A stretch of 64,000 nt of DNA from Pseudogymnoascus verrucosus (taxonomy: Eukaryota), in assembly GCA_001662655.1 (NCBI GenBank), contig KV460217.1, one strand, 5' to 3'. Shown here one piece after another: positions 26,136 to 37,505 of this stretch (its first letter is position 1; each line of letters begins with the position of its first letter). The position numbers and the translations under genes were made by a program. The notes below the pieces were generated by a model that was not told the origin of the DNA, did no database searches, and was given only the letters and a program-made list of their open reading frames with translations.

Positions 26136-26626
26136 GATATGAATCTGCAGATTGTGAACCCCTTAATTAAGAGTGACTGATGGGTATTGAATAAAGTGGA
26201 TGGGTATAACTTAACTTCAAACGGGGAAACAGACTAGTCGATTTAGTTCTTACATGATATTAGAAAAAGCCATAAATAAGCCTCATTACATGTATTTCGT
26301 ATTATTACCACGGTATAAGAATGAGGAGCTAGATGAAGGCCGTTGTTATTAACTTATTAGTTAGTTTGCTAAACTATTAAGCCCACACCAACCCCGCATT
26401 TGTTCCCCATTCTATGAGGGCGAACATGAGGCAACTGAGAATCGTATGTGAGCTAGCCAAATACCATCCGATGATGAACTGACCACAGGCAAAAACTATA
26501 AAGCCCCATCCTCGGTTCGATTTAGAGCCTCTTTCTACTTCCATTTATTTATTTCGGCTAGAGTTATACTCCTTTCATACTCGTCAATTTAATCCGCGCC
26601 CGAAAAGCGCATATTAAACCGGCACC

Positions 26627-27877
26627 ATGACCAAACCTACTCCTCGGCCAGATGATGGATATTCCCTATATGTGTCCGACCCCACCCCATCATTCCCGCT
26701 CGAGCGTATCAGAAAACAAGACGAAGAAATCCAAATACCACCCACCTCCCCAACACCACGCCGATCCCGCCCCGACCTTACCCTGAAAATCCTCTCAATC
26801 CGCCTTGCAATCCTCATAGGCTGTGCCATCACCGGAGGAAGCACATACGCACTCGCCCGTGACGTCCAACGCAGCATCGAAACCTCTCGTGGTGCTATGA
26901 ATTCTAGAGATTACAAGCACTGGATGCATATAGCCCGAACCACTGTCTACGATGCCTGCTACCACGGCTGTAGAAACTGTAATAACCCCAACTACGCCTA
27001 CGACGCCTGTGCCAGGACTGCAGAGGTCAACGTCACGGGGGTCATATGCGACGGAAACGTGATGTGGAATTGGAAGGATAGATACCCGGCAGCGTGCCTA
27101 AAGGCTGTGGGGGAAATCTGCAAGAAAGACATGTTCAGAAGCGCTAGACGCGATCATTTGAAAAAGTTTGCCTATATAGTCCTCACCGTCCTCGCTGACG
27201 TCGTTTTTGGATTCCTCACATACGGTATATTCTGGTGTTGGATCGGCCAATACAGAAAGCACAGAGCGGTAAAGGCGCGCCAGAGAAGCGCTGTTTGGCC
27301 GAGAGAGAATGGATATGGATATGATCAGCCCCCTCCACCGCCATCAACAATGTGGGAAAGCGGGACTGAAAAGACACCCACGCCATCGAAAACGGGGGTA
27401 GCGCCGCCCCTGAAGGCGTCGAAGAAGACGACGGGGCGGCGCAGTCTCAGTTGGGGACAGTTATCGATCGCGGCGCTCGCGACGCTGCCAGGAAAGACTG
27501 CTGCGTATCCCTGCACGGGCTACGACGATGTCGCTAACCAGTACTTTGTCGATGCTAACCAGAGTACCTTTGGTGTAGTGAGTGGCTGGATGTCGAATTG
27601 CTACAAGTACAGACGCCGTAGTGGCAAGCACTGGCCCACTCACACTAGGAGAAATGTGGCTCCGCTAGACTATGTCAATGAAATTCTACCGAGTGTTGTG
27701 GGATGCGGGTTTGAACTGGTTGAGGCGGTGGAGGGGGACACGAATTTGAGGATTGCGAATCCGTTGATTGAGAAGGAGTGGAGGGTTATGATTAGGGTGA
27801 ATGGGTATAACCTAACTTCGAGCACGGAAACGGACCAGTCGATTCAGTGTTTACATGATATCAGTAAGAGCAAGTAA
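26627..27877 (+). CDS. Uncharacterised 416-aa membrane protein with two Cys-rich putative luminal domains
   Basis: Intronless ORF, TATAAA upstream, hydrophobic segments, CYHGCRNC..C..C..C domain. Supported by the adjacent diverged paralog. Confidence 0.85.
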   Translation: MTKPTPRPDDGYSLYVSDPTPSFPLERIRKQDEEIQIPPTSPTPRRSRPDLTLKILSIRLAILIGCAITGGSTYALARDVQRSIETSRGAMNSRDYKHWMHIARTTVYDACYHGCRNCNNPNYAYDACARTAEVNVTGVICDGNVMWNWKDRYPAACLKAVGEICKKDMFRSARRDHLKKFAYIVLTVLADVVFGFLTYGIFWCWIGQYRKHRAVKARQRSAVWPRENGYGYDQPPPPPSTMWESGTEKTPTPSKTGVAPPLKASKKTTGRRSLSWGQLSIAALATLPGKTAAYPCTGYDDVANQYFVDANQSTFGVVSGWMSNCYKYRRRSGKHWPTHTRRNVAPLDYVNEILPSVVGCGFELVEAVEGDTNLRIANPLIEKEWRVMIRVNGYNLTSSTETDQSIQCLHDISKSK

Positions 27878-28158
27878 TAAGCCTCGTTATATATCTATTT
27901 TATATTATTACCAGGGGGGTTTATATTAATTTATAACGAAATGATCAGATTATATATATCCCTCTCGCAGTATATTACGGACCTTATAACGTATATAACG
28001 AAATGATCAAAATTCTATTTCCTCCCATCTATAGCCTATCCAGCCAGACAAAATCGCTTCCCTTAAAATGAATCTGTATACACTCTACCCCCCTCCCTCC
28101 CCGTCTAAACCACCTACCCACCCCAATCTATAATATAACCCCCGCCCCCCATCCAAAT

Positions 28159-28710
28159 CTACAACCCCATCATAGCCCCCCCCCCATACGGCCCCCCCAT
28201 CGGCCCACTACTCATCTGCGTCCTCGAAATCGCATCCTGTTCCCCCTCCGGAATCCCATTAGGGTAGAGTTCCTTTATCCTCGCTCTAGTTTTTGCTGCT
28301 AGCGCGAGGCTATGTGTTTCCATATTAGCTTTTCCATTTCGTCCGTTTTCTCCGTCATGTTCTTCTTGGCCTGGGTGGGTATTGGGGAGGGCGGGGAATG
28401 GGAAATGGGGAATGTGAAATAGAACGACGAAGAGAAATAGAAAGACAAAGGGCAAACGGAAAGACAAAGAGAAATTGAAGAATCCTCACCTAACAGAATC
28501 ACCATACTCATCATCATTCCACTTCTTCTTCTTCGGCTTCTCTGCCTTCTCGACCTTCTCGGGTTTCCCAGACATCATCGACATCTCGGACCCATCGCCG
28601 TTGAGGTTCTGCTGGGGTTGGGGGCTTGAGATCTTCCTCGCGGGAATGTCGATGTCTGTGCCGTTTTGGATGTCGGCTTTGGCGCCGCTGCTTCGGAGAC
28701 CGAAACACAT
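28159..28710 (-). CDS. Small orphan hydrophilic protein (start MCFG...), probably two exons; splice pattern uncertain
   Basis: ORF 28486-28737 plus ORF 28159-28467; acceptor CAG at 28371-28373. Donor is ambiguous (G|GTGATT near 28502 gives an in-frame join). TATAAA on the minus strand near 28945. Confidence 0.5.
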
Positions 28711-29344
28711 GTTGGTGTTAGGATCTAGTGTATACAAATAAAAAGTCCCGTTTAATCGAAGGTGTGTTTTCTCGGGTGCTGGTTATGTATGCCGTCTGTC
28801 TGGAGGGATTTCTAGAGATAAATATTGGTTGTGTATATACCTCTTAAACAGTAGGTTTTATAGTTTTCAACTCTCAACCTATTGATTGACTTGATTGACT
28901 TGACTGACTTATTGTCCCCATCCTCAAGCAGAATTTCATTCCATTTATAAACCCTCTTAAACCCATCAATCCATCCTCCACTTCACCCATCCATCCATCC
29001 CCCCCACCGTCGCCGAAGGATTCCCCCACAGCCTCGCCAGTAACCCGCAATGACGTCCACCAGCCTTGCCCAGCCTCGCGTACACCCCCCCCAAACCCAT
29101 CACGGCACCGATCATCGCCCGATCACCCTTTTTTATGGGGAAACACCAGCCATCACATGGCGTTTAAGGGAAGCCGTCCTCGCCGTCTGTTCCGCGATGC
29201 CTGCGGATCGGTCAAGTCCTCGGGAATAGGGATGGGGATAGTGGGGATTGAAGGATTGCATTTCACTGCCTACCGGTGATCGATCACAGCCTTGTGGGGG
29301 GTAGAGAAGTTAGAATGGAAGGCTGTCAAGGTAAAGCAGCACCC

Positions 29345-29463
29345 ATCACGTGCTGTTCATTACGTGGTATAACACACAACCAATCGATGTCACGTGATAC
29401 AAACCATGTTCACATGATTTTAAACGTGACTTCAAACATGTGATTTAAGATGAAGTCACGTGG
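29345..29463. promoter_or_regulatory. Cluster of bHLH E-box motifs (CACGTG and variants)
   Basis: CACGTG at 29347, 29391 and 29457; CACATG at 29411; CATGTG at 29437; TACGTG at 29361; AACGTG at 29423. Confidence 0.55.
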
Positions 29464-31571
29464 GGTAAGCACTACGAGAGCCCCGGGTGTGCGGCAAGGG
29501 GGCTCGTAAGGCGGATCAGCCTTGGGTGATCGGCTGCTGGGGGGTGACGGGGGAATGGACTCCGGGGGTTGGGGTGTGTGTGGTGACGGTGTGTTGGTGG
29601 CGCGCTGGCAGTTAATAGTGTTAGTAGTGTGTATGCACGAGTTCGATAATGTGGTGGATGGACACGAGAGGGGGGGACGGTGAGATATATATAGTTTATA
29701 GGTGGTGATGGGAGTATGGTATGTGTAGTGAATGGTAAACACATGGCAGAAGGGAGTACGGAGTTCGGGGTACATAGAAGCTTCTTAGGTGAGAGACAGA
29801 CAAGACATATACAAGCATTGCGAAATGCGAGATACGGCGGAGGAATGACAGGGGTACTTCATTCGGTCTGGTCTGGGGCCTTTGACTGTGCCCTAGAGTA
29901 GAGTAGAGTAGAGTAGTTGCCCGTACAGATGCCGATCGTTATCAGGGAGGGGGGGATGCTATTGGTTGGCTGAGATGTTTTGTAGGGGTGCGAGGGCGAG
30001 GTCGGGGAGTAAGTGAGGATGGATGGGGGTGAGTTGATTTGGGGAGGGGTGTGTAGAGTACTGCACTGTAGATGGGTGTGATGATGGTTGATGGGGGTGT
30101 TTGTAGACTGTGTGTAGACTGTGTGTGAGTGTCGATGGGTGTGTTTGTAGGGTTGATATGCTGCGGATATGAGAGGTGACAGTCAAAAGACAAGCACAAG
30201 AACATGGTCAGGGTGTGGGACCAACATGCCGAATATTAGCCAAGGTGTACTTGATCGAGACTCTGCCTTACTGCCTTACTGCCTTGCTCTTTCCCACCCC
30301 TGTCTCCTCTCTCTCTCTCATCCTTCAGCCGCACCCCTACATGCACGAACACACCACAGCGCTAATCTCACCCCCTCCTACTCCCTCTCCCTCTCTTCTA
30401 CACGAAGACAGCATAGCACTAATCCCACACCCCTTACACGCCCTGCCAGTCCTCCCTCTCCCTCTCCATCACTGTCTGTCCGTCTTCCCTGTCCATCAAC
30501 CTCTCTCTTCCCACCCCATCAACCTCTCTCCTCCCACGCCCTCTCCCTCTCACTTCAGCCGCACCCCACACACACGAACACACCTTACGCTAACATCCAC
30601 CCTACGCCCAAACAAGTCCTAAGAAGGTTAAAAAAGGGTAAGCACGCTAAACAATCCCGCGCCATGACACTCTTACCGATCCAATCACAACACCAGCACC
30701 CTAACCCCTAGGACCCCTGATACTGACAGCCCCTAACCTGGCCAATCCAGACTGTCACTCTATGGGCACTCCCTGGGCACAATGTGGGATCGGGCTTTAA
30801 TTCTCCCGTACACCTGTCAGACAGTTCCACTTATAAACTTGAAGCTGCCAGCTGCCAAGACTCTCTTGTTTTTGCTCTGTTTATACGGGAGGAGCTCTAC
30901 AATCAAGCGGGAACTCCAATCAAGCTTGGGGATCAGAGCTAGGTTCATGTACTGCCGGATGTAGAGGGTACATGATGCTTGATGGGGGTGGGTGGTGAGA
31001 TTAGGGACGGGGGGTTGTAGATGATACTCTTGTTAGCTATAGGTGAGTACTTGTTAATCCCATCTTTCCCAGCCTTTCCCACCATCTTCCTCCCTCTTCC
31101 TCTCCTCCTCCTCTTCCCTCCACTTCCTCCTCTTCTTCTTAGGGTTAGTTTGGTTTCTACTAACTTCAGCTGTCAGGGCTGTGCTATTTATTGCTGTGCT
31201 GTGCTGTACTATCCTGTGTTTGCTCCCACCTTTCCTCTCTGGGAAACCTAAATCTCCACAACTCACTCACCTCACTCTGGCTCAACACACACCCTCGTTT
31301 CCCCAATTTTCTTGGCTCTCCTCGTTGCCGTTGCCGTGCTGCCGCTGCTGTCGTCTGTCACAGCCTCATTCTTTTTCTTCCTCTCTCACTCTTCCTCCTC
31401 CTCCTCTTCCATCATTGTCGTCGCTGCCTCATTCTTTCCGTTTCTGGATATTTTGACCACCACCACCGCCGCCTCCTCTGACACCACCTCGCACCCCAAG
31501 GGACTCGGCAACCCAGAGCCTTGCGCCCTCCCTCTCTCTTCCTCACCACCACCACCACCACAACCACAACA

Positions 31572-33377
31572 ATGGTCCACCTCCCCCTCCTCACCCTCCT
31601 CCTCGCCACCACCCTCACCCCCACCAACGGATTCAAATGGACACCCCCCAAAGCCACCCCCGCCGCCGCGCCCCTCCCCTCCATCGTCCCACGCTTCAAG
31701 CCTCCGAAACCGACTCTCGCGCCTGACGCGCCGTATGATCTGCTGAACAAGCATGGAGTTGGGAGACGTGCGGAGAGCTCGACGGGGGCGATAACGGCGT
31801 ATGCGGCGCCGGATGCTACGTGTGGGTATTTTGATGGGAGACCTGGTGAGTAATAGCCTGACCAAGAAGACTGAGATGAGATGACACATGGGATTTGAGT
31901 GTGAAGTGGGAAAATTGAGAGCTGGGATATGCGTGTGAAGTGAAGTGGGAGAATTGAGAGATGGGAAATGGGAAAGCTGACTTGTGTGACTACCACAGGC
32001 GCGCCACTACATTGCGGAACGGCAGATACGTGTTTTATGTTCACGTCGGCAGGGGGGAATGGGTATATCGGCTGCTGTCCGATTGATGGGCCCTTTGAGC
32101 AGTGTGGGTTCAGGACGAATTGTTTAGATGCGGCGGATATTAAGAATGGGACGCTTTGTGATAGTGGGTGTTTGCATGATACCTATACTTTGAAATGGTT
32201 TGCTCTCCTCCCCACCTTCTCACCTACAACTTTTTTTTCTAACATACCCCCCCACAGCACCGAATCCACCGCCCCCTACTGCGCAGCCCTCACCTGGCCC
32301 ATGAACGGCGTAGCCGACTACTTCTGCGACAACGACCGCATCACGACCACCCAAACCCTCTACACCTCCTACCGCGGCCAAACCGACAAAACCTGGTTCA
32401 CCACCACTATCTCCTCGTCCTCGTTGACCGCCTCGTCGCACAGCAGCACGTTCACCGACGGTAATAACGGGTTTAATGATGCGCTGGGGCCGACTAGCGA
32501 TTCCTCCTCCGACTCCAGCGCGAACCCGACGGGGGGGACGGATAGTGGCGCGAATGGCTCGAGTGACCATTCTACGAGTAAGAGTAAGAAAACTCCTGTT
32601 GGTCCTATTGTAGGCGGTGTCGTTGGCGGGGTCGCTGCCCTCGCGATAATAGGACTCCTTATCTTCTTCCTTCTCCGCCGGAAGCGCGCCGCTGCTGCCG
32701 CGTCTGCCGCGTCTGCACCCACTGTCGCCCCGCTACCCCAGGGCGGTGCGCCAGGTCCACAACAGCAGGGTCCACAGGGTCCACCGGCTTATATCGCTGA
32801 TGCGAATAAACCCCCGTTGAACCCTAATACGAATTCCTATTACGGACCCCCCGCCCCGCAAGCTGGGTTCGCCGGACAATATGGTGGGCCGGAGATGCAG
32901 CAGCAGCAGCAGCAGTATGCCGTATCACCGGAGATGCAACAACAACAGTACCCCCAACAACCACCCCAGCAGGCAGGTGGATACTTCGACCCCAACACCG
33001 GGACCTACTACTCCCCCGTCCCCCAAAGCCATGGATCACCCAACCCCACAAGCCCTACCACAACAGCCGTGTCCGGGCAGACAAACGATGTTATTAACAG
33101 TGCCGGGGGAGTACGAGATAGTACCGCGACGGGGAGCACGGCGGTGGGAGCGGGCGCGTATGGGTATTCGTCCCCTAGACCGGGGTTTAGTGAGATGAGT
33201 GCGAATATGGCGGGGGGGCCGTTTCCGAGGGATCAGCATGAGGGGACTTTTGAGGTTGAGGGGAGTGGACCGGTGGTTGGAGGGGGAGTGGGGGGAGGGG
33301 GGGGAGGGGGAGGGCAGGGGGTGATTAGGGAGGTTGGGGGGATTGGGGAGTTGGAGGGGGGGGGGACGGGGAGGTGA
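31572..33377 (+). CDS. Type I membrane cell-surface protein (Mid2/SKG6-like architecture): signal peptide, Cys-rich domain, Ser/Thr stalk, TM, Pro/Gln/Tyr tail
   Basis: Signal MVHLPLLTLLLATTLTPTNG; Cys-rich ectodomain; TM PIVGGVVGGVAALAIIGLLIFFLLRRKR. Introns 31846-31998 and 32198-32257. Confidence 0.87.
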
Positions 33378-33787
33378 TGTGATGAGGTAGGGGGGGAAAC
33401 AGGGAGGAGGGGAGGGGAGGGGAAAAGCGGGGAGAGGGGAGGGGTGTAATATGAACGAGATAGCGGGGTTCATGTGGATGTGACTATTCATTTAGTAGCA
33501 TGATTTAGGTGTATCTATTTCCAATTTATTTATCGCCTCTTTAAACCGGCGTTTTCACTCTCCAATTTTTTTTTTGGCTCGTCGGGTTTAGGTTTAGGTG
33601 TTTATGTGAAAGGGATGATCTGGGCTAGGATGTTGGTTTTTTGTTTCTGGGATAGCGAGAAAGGGGGGGGTAGTAATTTGTTTTTTTTTGGCATCTACCC
33701 TACTTCTTCAATGCGGTTATTGACTAGTGTTATAGTCTTGGTATCTGCTTTAGTTGAGCGCATACAAGCTCTCGGCCTATCTACTGA

Positions 33788-35612
33788 TTAACTAGCTAAC
33801 ACCCACCCACCCACCTCCTCCTGCTTACTGATAGTCCTATCATCAATGCCGTCCTCTAACAAAAACCGAACACCAGCCTTACACCCTTCCTCGGGATCAA
33901 ACACGAGATCAACATCCTCCACCCTCTTCCTCCCCTTCCCTTCCCCACCAACCCCTTCAATAACCACCACCCTCCCCGCCACTCTAGCTAATAAGTTACT
34001 ATCCCATAACCCCTCTCTCCTCCCCTCCGCTCCCGCAAGTAACCGCACCGCTTCCGAACGAATCACCGGATCGCGACACCTCAGCGCGACGAGATATAAC
34101 GGTCCCAACACACCGGTATCCATCCCCACTTTCCCCCCTCTTCCCCCGCTTATCCCGGTTTCGTCATCTCCGAGCGCGTCTTCCATCTCTATTATCGACC
34201 GTGCAAGTGCAACTATACCCGCGAACTGCGGTGTATACGAACTCCACACCTCTTCGCAACCAGCAAGTGACGCGGGGCTCAGAGAGAGCGTCGCGACTGC
34301 GTCGTGGAGCTTTAATAACATCCCTGCTTGTCGCTCGCGAGGTGTGAGAGGGGGGTGGGTGGCGAGGTAGGTTGAGAGGGCAGTAGAGTAGCGGGCCTGG
34401 AGATCTGCTAAATAGATGCGAGACGTATGTCGATGAGCTTGACCGCGGGGCGAAAGGCAGTAATCATCATTATTGGCGGAGGAGCAGGAGGGGGGTGATG
34501 AGGAGGCGGATGACGCGGAGGGCTGGAGGGTGTAAAGACTGTAATTCCACAACTCATCCCCCCTCGCCCTCGCCTCCTCCAACGATGTAAACGCATAATC
34601 CGTGCACGGCGCGGAGAAAGGACGTAAACGCGTCCGTCGCGTGGGGAGGAGTTGTGTCGCTTGTGTATCTAACCTCATAACTAGTTCTCGCAGCGCGGGG
34701 AGGGGCGTGTAGGGTAGACTCGGGTATGCTGGGCGCTGTTTGTTGGCGTGGGAGGGGGAGTGCGAGTGCGAGTGCGAGTCGGAGTGGGACTGGGACTGTA
34801 GTTCAAGGAGCAGGTTCACCCCATTATCCAAGTGCGTCAGCGCCGCTGCGTGGTAGCCGCGGAGGGATTCGAAAATGGTGAAGAGGAGACACGCAATCAG
34901 GGTAACATCAACCCTCCTCTCTCCCGCCGGCCTCGTCAAGCCGCGGATTGCTTTGACGTACTGCCTTACCGCGAACTCCCCGTCCCCGTCCCCGTCCCCC
35001 CAAGTTCTGGTGTGGATGGAGTTGCTGTGTAAGGCGCCTAACGCCACAGCGGCGTGAAAGATAGAGGGTTCGTGGAGTGACGCTTGCAGGACGTGGCGGG
35101 ACCAGAATGGGGATGTGAAAAGCCCGCTGAGGTGCGCGGTGGTGAGGGTGCGGAAGGTGTGGAAGGAGTCCTGCTCTGAGGGGGTGCCGGGGAGAAGAGG
35201 GGTTGGGGCGTTGGTGATGGCGGGGGAAGGGAGCGGGGTGGGGAAGTGAGTGATGGTATGTGAAGGGGAGTGGGTGATAATGTGGGTTAGGAGGCGAGGA
35301 GGGGAGTACCCATCGCACACCCGGCCAGTGGAGAGGCAGCGCGTGCAGTGCGGTTTGGATTCATCGCATTTGACGTGTCTGATCCTACGGGGCGGGTTAG
35401 CTTGTATGATTTAGTTAGGGGGGTAGTATATAGGTGCTGGGATTTATAGGGGATTTATAGGGGAGGGTAGGGCGAAGGAGGGTTTAGTGGGTTGGGGAAG
35501 TGTGGATGGGGGATTTGGGGGGAGCGTACTTGCAGGTTAGACAGCCTGTTTTGACTTTTGGTTTTGAAGCTCGCGGCCTCTTGGTAGTAGAGGGGGACGG
35601 TTTACGAGGCAT
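33788..35612 (-). CDS. Zn(II)2Cys6 transcription factor (Fungal_trans_2-type C-terminus)
   Basis: KTGCLTCK|IRHVKCDESKPHCTRCLSTGRVCDGY split by intron 35385-35529; FWSRHVLQASLHEPSIFHAAVALGALH; PLYLVALRCRDPVIR..RREGLWDS. Confidence 0.92.
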
Positions 35613-36464
35613 CGTGGTGGACGCGCAAGCGGGATGTCAGTTTGCAGGGAGACTGCTGTCGTCTAGAGGTGTGTTGGTCATATATCTGCACAAGGGGGTA
35701 CGAGCGAAGCAATCATGTCGTGATATAGAGACCGGGAGAGGAGAAGAAGGGGAGCATTTTGCCAGATGCTCGGTATATGAGAGAGCAGACTGATTGGGAT
35801 ATCATCACCCCGAACGTATGTAATACTACTGTAGGTAAAGACACAGGAGGCTGTAGTCTAGGGCCGATCCAGGGTTGGGGGGGTGGGCGCTAGTGGGGGG
35901 ACAGCGCCGATCGTTTACGAGCGGGCCAATCGGGGGTGGGGGATCTGCGGGGGGTGCGAATCTTAATGCTTAGCCACGTCTATGAGACGGTGGCGTTTGG
36001 GGAAATGGGACTGTGTTTGGTATGAAACTTTGATGGGGATGTAGATGGGAATATGGATGAGACATTCGTATAGCGGTAGGAATATGAGTTATGACAGAAC
36101 GAATTATACGCCTGCGTATAGACTCGATGGCTTTTAAGTGGACGTTAAGTTGTGAGCTGAGCTTACTTTCCTTGCCAATGGTAATTTGGTAAATATAGCG
36201 TTATTGCGGCGAGAATGGTGATATTCTGCATAGCTGAGCCTTTCATAGACGGGGCCATGACGCGGAGTAAGGCCGGTATTCGAGAATCCCTCTCACCGGT
36301 GTTGCATTGCCTGTACCCCGGGCGAATGGTTCGCCGAGTAAGTGTATAAATACTGATCCGTCCCCATGAGCCAGAATCTCAGCAAAGAGAAATTTAAAAA
36401 GGCTATGTTAATATCTCGTTTACTGCTTACCTTGACTAGCACTCCTCCCACCGACGTCCGAACA

Positions 36465-37505
36465 ATGACACGCTACGATAACTGGTTCGTCCGATTCTGG
36501 AGGAAGGTTTACAACCCCCTCGGCTTCAAGAAAGGCTACAACTTCCCTCTTTGTGAGTTCTCAAACACTTCTCTATATCCCCGCCCACTAACAATCGTAG
36601 TCTTTATCTTTGGCGGCGCCATGCTCGGCTTCTCACTCGCCAGAATCTCCTACCTTAACATCAGCGGTGACGCCCCTTCCTCTTTCAAAACCGGTGCGGT
36701 CACTGGGGAATGGTTCTGGTACCAGTCAGGAATCCACCGCGTTGGAATTACCCTCCATCTCACTACCATTGTCCCTGCTGGCGTCCTCATGGTGTTCCAA
36801 TTTGTCCCCATTATCCGCTACAAAGCCATTCTCTTCCACCGCATCAACGGCTACCTAATTATTATCCTCGCAACACTTGGTAACATCGGAGCTATCATGA
36901 TAGCCCGTCGCGCGTTCGGTGGAACTCTCGCTACGCAATCCGCTGTTGGTTACCTCGTCATTGCTACCACGATCTTTATGGCACTAGCATACTACAATAT
37001 CAAGCGGTTGCAGATCGACCAGCACCGCGCGTGGATGTTACGGGCCATGTTCGCGCTCGGCACAATCATCACCCTACGCATTATCATGGCTCTCGCTTCA
37101 GGAATCATCTCATCCATCGGCTCCTACTCCACCGTCATAAACTGTGGGGAGATAGAATTCATATACGCCAACTCCCCTGCTGCATTACAGAGCAGGTACC
37201 CAACATGTGTGGGCGGTAATAACACGGATGTGGTCGTGAAGGCAGATATCAATAGTCCCTTTGGGGAAGAACAGAAGGCGAGTATGGTGCTGACGTTTGG
37301 TATGGCGTGGTGGGTTGCTATTGCGATGCATGCTGTGGGAGTGGAGGTTTATCTGAGGTTGACGGCGGCGGAGGGGGAGAGGTTGAGGGGGGTTAGTTGT
37401 GAGATGCAGAGGAAGGCGGGGATGAGGAGTCCGGGGAGTGCGGGATTGACGGGGGATCGGTTGGGGGATGTTGGGAAGTGGGAGGCTCCGAGAGAGACGG
37501 CGTGA
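36465..37505 (+). CDS. DUF2306-type integral membrane protein
   Basis: YNPLGFKKGYNF, QFVPIIRYKAILFHRINGY, IKRLQIDQHRAWMLR. Intron 36553-36600. Confidence 0.85.
   Translation: MTRYDNWFVRFWRKVYNPLGFKKGYNFPLCEFSNTSLYPRPLTIVVFIFGGAMLGFSLARISYLNISGDAPSSFKTGAVTGEWFWYQSGIHRVGITLHLTTIVPAGVLMVFQFVPIIRYKAILFHRINGYLIIILATLGNIGAIMIARRAFGGTLATQSAVGYLVIATTIFMALAYYNIKRLQIDQHRAWMLRAMFALGTIITLRIIMALASGIISSIGSYSTVINCGEIEFIYANSPAALQSRYPTCVGGNNTDVVVKADINSPFGEEQKASMVLTFGMAWWVAIAMHAVGVEVYLRLTAAEGERLRGVSCEMQRKAGMRSPGSAGLTGDRLGDVGKWEAPRETA

Larger units (their letters stand above)
24758..26279 (+). pseudogene. Pseudogene paralog of the 26627-27877 gene
   Basis: Homologous blocks VYDACYNGC..NVTGVVCD..DRYP, QYFVD, MSNCY and LPSVVGCGF. 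Lesions: TGA at 24908 (TGT in the paralog), frameshifts near 25.2 and 25.55 kb, a TTCATGG duplication near 25636, a ~350-bp insertion, and CAG>TAG stops in the tail. Confidence 0.9.
24432..27912 (+). repeat. Head-to-tail tandem segmental duplication (unit A ~24432-26307, unit B ~26308-27912)
   Basis: TAAGAATGAGGAGCTAGATGAA occurs at 24438 and 26316. Both units share CTGACCACAGG..TATAAAGCCC, GGCACCATG start contexts and 3' ends (TAAGCCTC...TATTATTACCA). Confidence 0.9.

Noticed and set aside
28883..29916. Microsatellites (TTGAC/TTGA)n near 28883 and (TAGAG)4 near 29895
   Set aside because: Ordinary short simple repeats.
29410..31500. Many 60-180-aa ORFs rich in Pro/Ser/His/Leu
   Set aside because: They arise from CT- and CA-rich low-complexity intergenic DNA in several frames and show no domain or convincing splice structure.
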